Shown here piece after piece: positions 19,698-25,312 of a stretch of 25,312 nt of DNA (positions are counted from its first letter, which is position 1; each line of letters begins with the position of its first letter). The notes under the pieces are model-generated. The model worked only from the letters and a program-made list of their open reading frames with translations, searched no databases and had not been told where the DNA came from. The DNA is from an uncultured Clostridia bacterium. Lineage in GTDB: Bacteria > Bacillota > Clostridia > Oscillospirales > Acutalibacteraceae. A program made the position numbers and the translations under genes. Location of the stretch: the NCBI GenBank assembly GCA_946186725.1, contig CAMHOI010000001.1, forward strand, positions 1-25,312. Reading direction: 5' to 3'.

Positions 19698-20375
19698 ATG
19701 GACGACAGTATGCAGAAATTGATCGAGCAGTACAGCCGCGACCTGATGCGCTTCCACGGTGCTCACGGCGGCGCGCCCGCCGCGCCCCGCGAGCCGGGAC
19801 GGCCCGATCCGCCCGACAAGCCGGAGCCGGCGGTGCGGCCCGACTTTCCGCCCGAGATCCCCGGCGCGCCCGCACCGGCGCCCGAGATCCCCGTGCGGCC
19901 TCCTGCCGTGCCGGAAATGCCCGACGTGCCCGCACCGGCGCCCGAGATGCCTTCGCCTCCCGTTCCCACGCCTGAGATCCGGGCGAGCGAGCCCGACCGC
20001 AGACAGAACGATCTGGGCTTTCTGCAGGTGCGTACCTACACCGCGCGGGAAGCCACCCCGGTGCCCGACGCGCTGGTGCTGGTGCTCCAGGAGGGGCAAC
20101 TGGTGCGGCAGACCCTGACCGATGAGGACGGCCTGACCGAGCTCATTGGGCTGGACACCGTGGGGCGGGACCTCTCCATGACCGAGGGGACGGCCGAGCC
20201 CTTCACGACGTACACCGTGCAGATCTCCGCTGAAGGGTATCTGCCCGTCGTCAGCCGCAACGTGCCCGTCTTTGGCGGGGTGACCGCCATTCAGAACGTG
20301 GGGCTGATTCCCCTTCCCGAATTTGACGCGGACGGCCCCGACGAGGTGGTCGAGAACACCGAGCCCGATCTGTGA
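19698..20375 (+). CDS. Pro-rich protein with a carboxypeptidase-regulatory-like domain, resembling the SleC pre/pro region
   Basis: GFLQVRTYTA...PVPDALV...TLTDEDGLTELIGL...YTVQISAEGY...VPVFGGVTAIQNV resembles the N-terminal region of clostridial SleC precursors. A 21-bp repeat at 19868 and 19928 encodes PAPAPE. Start reassigned to the ATG at 19698. Confidence 0.72.
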   Translation: MDDSMQKLIEQYSRDLMRFHGAHGGAPAAPREPGRPDPPDKPEPAVRPDFPPEIPGAPAPAPEIPVRPPAVPEMPDVPAPAPEMPSPPVPTPEIRASEPDRRQNDLGFLQVRTYTAREATPVPDALVLVLQEGQLVRQTLTDEDGLTELIGLDTVGRDLSMTEGTAEPFTTYTVQISAEGYLPVVSRNVPVFGGVTAIQNVGLIPLPEFDADGPDEVVENTEPDL

Positions 20376-20384
20376 GGTGAGACA

Positions 20385-21728
20385 ATGCCAAACGAGCCCT
20401 TTATCCCCGCCACCATCACCGTCCACCTCGGTCGCCCGGATCAGCCGGCGGAAAACGTCACCGTCCCCTTTCCCGAATACATAAAGAACGTCGCCTCGAG
20501 CGAGATCTACCCGACCTGGCCCGAGAGCGCCATCCTGGCCAACATCTACGCCCAGATCTCCTTTGCGCTCAACCGTATCTATACCGAGTGGTACCCCAGT
20601 CAGGGCTACGACTTCGACATCACCAATTCGACCGCCTTTGACCAGTCGTTCATCAAGGGCCGCAACATCTATGAAAACATTTCCCAACTGGTGGACGGCG
20701 TTTTCAACAGCTACGTCCGGCGGCGGGGAAATCTGGAGCCCCTTTTCACCGCCTATTGCAGCGGACGGGGGGTGACCTGTCAGGGACTCAAGCAGTGGGA
20801 CACCGTCGCTCTGGCCAAAGCGGGCTACACGCCCCTGCAGATCCTGCAGACCTTCTACGGGGACGACGTGGAGATCGTCCAGGGCGCCCCCGTGCGGATC
20901 AACAGCCCCTCCTATCCCGGCGTCCCCCTGCGCATGGGCGACTTCGGCAACGCCGTCCAGGAGATCCAGATCCGTCTCAACCGCATCGCGCGCAACTACC
21001 CTTCCATTCCCATGGTGACCGAGAACTTCGGCATCTTCGACAAGGCCACCGAAACGGCGGTCAAGAAGTTCCAGCAGATCTTCGGGCTGACGGTGGACGG
21101 GATCGTGGGCAACGCCACCTGGTACCGCATCGGCTACATTTATACGTCCATCAAGCGGCTGGCCGAGCTCAACTCCGAAGGACTGACCTACAGCGACGTG
21201 CCGTGGCGCTTCCCCGAGATCCTGCGGCAGGGAGACACCGGCATGGACGTGCGCATCGTTCAGTACTTTCTCGCGGTGATGGGCCGGTACTATGAATCCC
21301 TGCCCGTCATCTCGGTCGACGGCGATTTCGGGCCCGAGACCGAGCGGGCGGTGACGGCCTTCCAGCGCCTCTTCGGGCTGCAGGAGGACGGCGTCGTGGG
21401 CCCCGTCACCTGGAACGAGATCTACCGCGCCTACCGCGGCATCGTGGCCGATCAGAACGTCGATCCTTCCCGCGGGTCGATCTTCCCCGGCACCGTGCTG
21501 CTGCGGGGCTCAACGGGGCAGGCCGTCCTGGCGCTGCAAAGCTACCTCTCCGCCATTGCCGACGACTTCCCCCAGATCCCCAAGATCACCCCCGACGGCA
21601 TCTTCGGCCCGGCTACCGACGCAGCGGTGCGTGCCTTTCAGGAGGAATTCGGCCTGACGCCCAACGGGATCGTGGGCGCCATCACCTGGGACGCCATCAG
21701 CTCACTCTACGACGATTTGAGGGATTAG
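20385..21728 (+). CDS. sleC: SleC-type spore cortex-lytic enzyme: catalytic domain + 3 peptidoglycan-binding domains, no propeptide
   Basis: ITVHLGRP...YIKNVASSEIYPTWP...ALNRIYTEWY...FDITNSTAFDQ...GLKQW is the SleC catalytic signature, followed by three PG_binding_1 units (LR.G..G..V..Q...DG.FG..T..AV..FQ..FGL..DG.VG..TW). Confidence 0.9.
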   Translation: MPNEPFIPATITVHLGRPDQPAENVTVPFPEYIKNVASSEIYPTWPESAILANIYAQISFALNRIYTEWYPSQGYDFDITNSTAFDQSFIKGRNIYENISQLVDGVFNSYVRRRGNLEPLFTAYCSGRGVTCQGLKQWDTVALAKAGYTPLQILQTFYGDDVEIVQGAPVRINSPSYPGVPLRMGDFGNAVQEIQIRLNRIARNYPSIPMVTENFGIFDKATETAVKKFQQIFGLTVDGIVGNATWYRIGYIYTSIKRLAELNSEGLTYSDVPWRFPEILRQGDTGMDVRIVQYFLAVMGRYYESLPVISVDGDFGPETERAVTAFQRLFGLQEDGVVGPVTWNEIYRAYRGIVADQNVDPSRGSIFPGTVLLRGSTGQAVLALQSYLSAIADDFPQIPKITPDGIFGPATDAAVRAFQEEFGLTPNGIVGAITWDAISSLYDDLRD

Positions 21729-22241
21729 ATGAGAAAAGAATCGGTCAAGCGACTGCAGGAGGAACTGCGCACCGTCGCTCACTACAGCGGGCAGATGCCC
21801 GAGGTGGCCGTCGACGGCGTCCTCGACGAGCCGACGGTCAACGCCATCCGCGATTTTCAGAAGCTCTCCGGGCTCAAGGAGACGGGTCAGCCCGACTTCG
21901 ACACCTGCCGACGGCTGGATGAGGTCTATGCCCTCGTGAGGGAGAACACCGCTCCGCCTCTGACGCTGGCCCCCTTCGGCAACTGCCCCGTCGCCATGGC
22001 ACCCGGCGAAGAGGCGCCCGCCGTCTATATGGTGGAGGCGGTGCTCAACGCCCTGGCCGACCACTACGGCAATCTGCCCCACGTAGAGGTGAACGGCGTT
22101 TTTGACGAGGCGGCGCAGACCGCTGTCAGGGCGCTGCAGGCCCACTGCGGGATGGAGGAAACGGGCCGCATGGACAAACGAACCTGGAACGCGATGGCCC
22201 GGCTCTACAACGGTACGCAAAAGCGGGCCTGCCGACCGTGA
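21729..22241 (+). CDS. Peptidoglycan-binding-domain protein (2 degenerate PG_binding_1 units)
   Basis: VKRLQEELR...VDGVLDEPTVNAIRDFQKLSGLKETG and VNGVFDEAAQTAVRALQAHCGMEETGRMDKRTW. RBS GAGGGA overlaps the sleC end. Confidence 0.85.
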   Translation: MRKESVKRLQEELRTVAHYSGQMPEVAVDGVLDEPTVNAIRDFQKLSGLKETGQPDFDTCRRLDEVYALVRENTAPPLTLAPFGNCPVAMAPGEEAPAVYMVEAVLNALADHYGNLPHVEVNGVFDEAAQTAVRALQAHCGMEETGRMDKRTWNAMARLYNGTQKRACRP

Positions 22242-23788
22242 AAAAGGCCCGCTTTGTCAAAAACGCCGCGCTGATGACCGGCTCCACCCTCCTGCTGCGC
22301 TCGATCGGGATGCTCTTTCGCGTTTGGCTGGCGGGCCGGATCGGCTCGGAGGGGATGGGCCTGTTTCAGCTGGTGACGTCGGTGTATATGCTGACCGCCA
22401 CCTTTGCGACGGGCGGCATCGCCACCACGGTCACCCGGCTGATCGCCGAGGAGCTGGAGAAAGGCACGCCCCGCTCGGTCAGCCGCATCCTGCGCCGCGC
22501 CGTCGGTCTGACCCTCGGCGTGGGGCTGGTCAGCATGGCGGCCGTGCTGCTGTTGGCCGACCCCATCGCCCGCCTGGGCGTGGGGGACGCGAGAGCGGCG
22601 GCGGGACTGCGCCTGTCGGCGATCAGTCTGCCCTTTATGGGCGTGACGTATTGCCTACGCGGCTATTTTATCGCGCGGCGGCGGTTGACTCCCTCTCTGA
22701 CGGGCCAGTTGTTCGAACAGGGGGTGCGCATGGCGGTGATCTGGCTGCTGCTGGACGCCGTGACGGGCAAGGGGCTGGGCGCGGTGTGCGCGGTGCTGAT
22801 GTTGGGCGACGCCGTGGCCGAGGCCGCGGCATGCCTTTACTTATGGATCGGCTACCGGCTGGATCGCCGACGCGCAGAGGCCGCGATCGGCGCGCGCAAC
22901 GCGCCGCCGTACCGTGTGGTGCGGCGGCTGACGGCGCTGACCCTCCCCCTGGTGGGAGGGAAGTATCTGACCTCCGTTCTGCGCACGGCGGAGAGCTTGC
23001 TTGTGCCGACCTGCCTGGCGGCCTTCGGCGGCTCCCGCGGGGAGGCCGTGTCCCAGTACGGCCGTTTCCGCGGGATGGCGATGCCGGTCCTCTTTTTTCT
23101 GTCCTCCTTTCTGACGGCGCTCTCTACCCTGCTGGTGCCGGAGCTCTCCACCGCTCTCGGCGCGGAGGATAAACGCGCCGTGTCCGGCCCCGTCGCACGG
23201 GTGGTGGGGCTGACCGCGGCCGCCTCCGCTTTGATCGGCGGGGTCTTCTTCCTCTTCGGGGAGGAGGTGGGCGTGGTCTTTTACGGCTCGGTCGAGGTGG
23301 GCGGGCTCATCCGGCGGCTGGCGCCCCTCGTGCCCCTGATGTATCTGGAGAGCGTGGTCACGGGGATGCTGTGCGGCCTCGATCAGCAGAAGTACGTTTT
23401 CCGGTACGGCGTCGCCGACTCCGTCATGCGGCTGTGCGCCATTCCGCTGGTCGTTCCGCGGTGGGGGATGAGCGGCTTTCTGGCCGTTACCTACGCCAGC
23501 AATCTGTTGACCTCCCTGCTCTGTCTGGCTCGCCTGCTCAAGGTGGCGGGGGTCTCCTTCCGTGTTTGGGCGTGGGCGGGACGGCCTCTGCTGGCCACGG
23601 CGGGTGCGCTGACGGCGGGTGCGGCGGCCGGGCGTCTGTTCGTCGGCACGGCGCCCCTGCCTCTTCTGCTCGTCGAGAGCGGAGCCGCGGCGGCGGTCTA
23701 CCTCCCCTTGCTTTGGGTGATGGGCGGGGGCCGGGATCTGACCCGTCTGATCGCGGCCCGTCGGCGCAAAAAAGCCCTTCGCGCATGA
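22238..23788 (+). CDS. SpoVB/MurJ-like MOP-family flippase (516 aa)
   Basis: FVKNAALMTGSTLLLRSIGMLFRVWLAGRIGSEGMGLFQL, multiple TM helices, GMAMPVLFF...LSTLLVPELS. GTG start overlaps the upstream stop. Confidence 0.88.
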   Translation: MKKARFVKNAALMTGSTLLLRSIGMLFRVWLAGRIGSEGMGLFQLVTSVYMLTATFATGGIATTVTRLIAEELEKGTPRSVSRILRRAVGLTLGVGLVSMAAVLLLADPIARLGVGDARAAAGLRLSAISLPFMGVTYCLRGYFIARRRLTPSLTGQLFEQGVRMAVIWLLLDAVTGKGLGAVCAVLMLGDAVAEAAACLYLWIGYRLDRRRAEAAIGARNAPPYRVVRRLTALTLPLVGGKYLTSVLRTAESLLVPTCLAAFGGSRGEAVSQYGRFRGMAMPVLFFLSSFLTALSTLLVPELSTALGAEDKRAVSGPVARVVGLTAAASALIGGVFFLFGEEVGVVFYGSVEVGGLIRRLAPLVPLMYLESVVTGMLCGLDQQKYVFRYGVADSVMRLCAIPLVVPRWGMSGFLAVTYASNLLTSLLCLARLLKVAGVSFRVWAWAGRPLLATAGALTAGAAAGRLFVGTAPLPLLLVESGAAAAVYLPLLWVMGGGRDLTRLIAARRRKKALRA

Positions 23789-23802
23789 GCGCGAAGGGCT
23801 TT
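23768..23802. terminator. Bidirectional terminator overlapping the last codons of the flippase gene
   Basis: 14-bp stem AAAGCCCTTCGCGC / GCGCGAAGGGCTTT. The loop ATGA holds the flippase stop codon, and the A run at 23768-23773 supplies the minus-strand U tract. Confidence 0.85.
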
Positions 23803-23818
23803 CGCTATGGGGTGATCC

Positions 23819-24817
23819 TTACTTGAAGCTCTCCTCGACGGCGACGGCGCAGGCCACGGTCATGCCGACCATGGGGTTGTTGCCGGCGCCGATGAGGCCC
23901 ATCATCTCGACGTGGGCGGGCACCGAGGAGGAGCCGGCGAACTGGGCGTCGGAGTGCATCCGGCCCATGGTGTCGGTCATGCCGTAAGAGGACGGGCCGG
24001 CGGCCATGTTGTCGGGGTGCAGGGTGCGCCCGGTGCCGCCGCCCGAGGCGACGGAGAAGTAGCTGACGCCGTTCTCGACGCACCATTTCTTATAGGTGCC
24101 GGCGACGGGATGCTGGAAGCGGGTGGGGTTGGTGGAGTTGCCGGTGATGGACACGCCGACCTTCTCCAGCCGCATGATGGCCACGCCCTCGGGGACGTTG
24201 TCGGCGCCGTAGCAGCGCACGTCGGCGCGGGGACCCTTGGAGAAGGGGATCTCCTTTACGATCTCGACCTGCTCGGTGAAGGGATCGAACCGGGTCTCGA
24301 CGTAGGTGAAGCCGTTGATGCGGGAGATGATGTAGGCGGCGTCCTTGCCCAGGCCGTTGAGGATGACGCGCAGGGGCTTGGTGCGGACCTTGTTGGCGTT
24401 GAGGGCGATCTTGATGGCGCCCTCGGCGGCGGCGAAGGACTCGTGGCCGGCGAGGAAGCAGAAGCACTCCGTCTCATCGGACAGGAGCATCTTGCCCAGG
24501 TTGCCGTGGCCGAGGCCGACCTTGCGGTTCTCGGCGACGGAGCCGGGGATGCAGAACGATTGCAGGCCGATGCCGATGGCGGCGGCGGCGTCTGCGGCCT
24601 TGCGGCAGCCCTTCTTGATGGCGATGGCGGAGCCGACGGTGTAGGCCCACTTGGCGTTTTCAAAGCAGATGGGCTGGGTCTCCTGCACGATGGTGTAGGG
24701 GTCGATGCCCTGCTTGTCGCAGATGGCCTTGCACTCGTCGATCGAGGAGATGCCGTATTCCTTCAGGACGCCGAGGATCTTGGCCTCGCGCCGCTCGTAA
24801 CCTTCAAACTGTGCCAT
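23819..24817 (-). CDS. GGGtGRT protein (conserved anaerobe protein of unknown function)
   Basis: Diagnostic SVASGGGTGRTLHPDNMAAGP, AFESYERR-like start (AQFEGYERRE), FLAGHESFAAAEG. Confidence 0.93.
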   Translation of the reverse strand: MAQFEGYERREAKILGVLKEYGISSIDECKAICDKQGIDPYTIVQETQPICFENAKWAYTVGSAIAIKKGCRKAADAAAAIGIGLQSFCIPGSVAENRKVGLGHGNLGKMLLSDETECFCFLAGHESFAAAEGAIKIALNANKVRTKPLRVILNGLGKDAAYIISRINGFTYVETRFDPFTEQVEIVKEIPFSKGPRADVRCYGADNVPEGVAIMRLEKVGVSITGNSTNPTRFQHPVAGTYKKWCVENGVSYFSVASGGGTGRTLHPDNMAAGPSSYGMTDTMGRMHSDAQFAGSSSVPAHVEMMGLIGAGNNPMVGMTVACAVAVEESFK

Positions 24818-24832
24818 TGTCTCTTCCCCTCC

Positions 24833-25312
24833 TTATTCTTTTCTGGGATCGATGTACTTGGCGGCCTCGGCGAAACGGCCGTAGGTGCCCTTGGACTTTT
24901 CGTAGGCCTCGTTGGGCTCCATGCCCTTCTTGATGAAGTCGGTCATCTTGCCGAGCGAAACGAACTCGTAGCCGATGACCTCGTTGTTCTCGTCGAGCGC
25001 CATGCGGGTGCAGTAGCCCTCGGTCATCTCGAGGTAGCGCACGCCCTTGGCCTTGGTGCCGTACATGGTGCCGACCATGGAGCGCTGCCCCTTGCCCAGG
25101 TCCTCCATGCCGGCGCCGATGACCAGGCCGCCCTCGGAGAAGGCGGACTGGGTGCGGCCGTAGACGATCTGGAGGAAGAGCTCGCGCATGGCGGTGTTGA
25201 TGGCGTCGCAGACCAGGTCGGTGTTGAGCGCCTCAAGCAGGGTCTTGCCGGGCAGGATCTCGGCGGCCATGGCGGCGGAGTGGGTCATGCCCGAGCAGCC
25301 GATGGTCTCGAC
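24833..25312 (-). CDS. NifU/IscU-like N-terminal-domain protein, partner of GGGtGRT (5' end outside the window)
   Basis: The frame is open to the window edge: VETIGCSGMTHSAAMAAEILPGKTLLEALNTDLVCDAINTAMRELF...YGRF. Confidence 0.85.
   Translation of the reverse strand, partial: VETIGCSGMTHSAAMAAEILPGKTLLEALNTDLVCDAINTAMRELFLQIVYGRTQSAFSEGGLVIGAGMEDLGKGQRSMVGTMYGTKAKGVRYLEMTEGYCTRMALDENNEVIGYEFVSLGKMTDFIKKGMEPNEAYEKSKGTYGRFAEAAKYIDPRKE

Noticed and set aside
20373-21731. Selenocysteine or pyrrolysine recoding at the in-frame TGA and TAG of the sleC locus
   Set aside because: No SECIS-like hairpin recognised, no catalytic Cys/Lys-equivalent context, and each downstream ORF has its own RBS.

Overview
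This is a chromosomal window from a high-GC, spore-forming Clostridia-class firmicute (Oscillospiraceae/Acutalibacteraceae-like, inferred from gene content). Most of it is housekeeping. In order: (i) a secreted 742-aa CHAP-like peptidase/ricin-lectin/InlB-repeat/cohesin/dockerin protein, divergent from a small XRE regulator, with a perfect sigmaA promoter covered by two palindromic operators; (ii) rplU-prp-rpmA-obg-mrnC; (iii) an OmpR/HAMP-kinase two-component pair and a PflX-like radical SAM gene; (iv) a 91-aa membrane protein and a 398-bp AT-rich region carrying a sigmaG/E-like promoter, a Spo0A box and DnaA-box-like repeats; (v) SDR(YmfI-like)-alr-GH2 beta-galactosidase-VanZ; (vi) lexA with a co-transcribed small membrane repeat protein, divergent from a DUF5050-like gene; (vii) a sortase substrate-srtB-LCP cassette; (viii) a split SleC-type germination locus plus a SpoVB-like flippase; (ix) a GGGtGRT protein and its NifU/IscU-like partner, cut off by the window edge. 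I found no rRNA, tRNA, CRISPR array, integrase or transposase. Domain calls come from motif recognition by eye, with no database searches, and GC values are hand counts. The best candidates for undescribed biology are the XRE-operated cohesin-dockerin cell-wall hydrolase with a low-GC catalytic module, the sortase B + variant LCP + Thr-rich substrate cassette, the lexA-coupled membrane protein, the Spo0A/DnaA-like control region, and the in-frame tripartite SleC.
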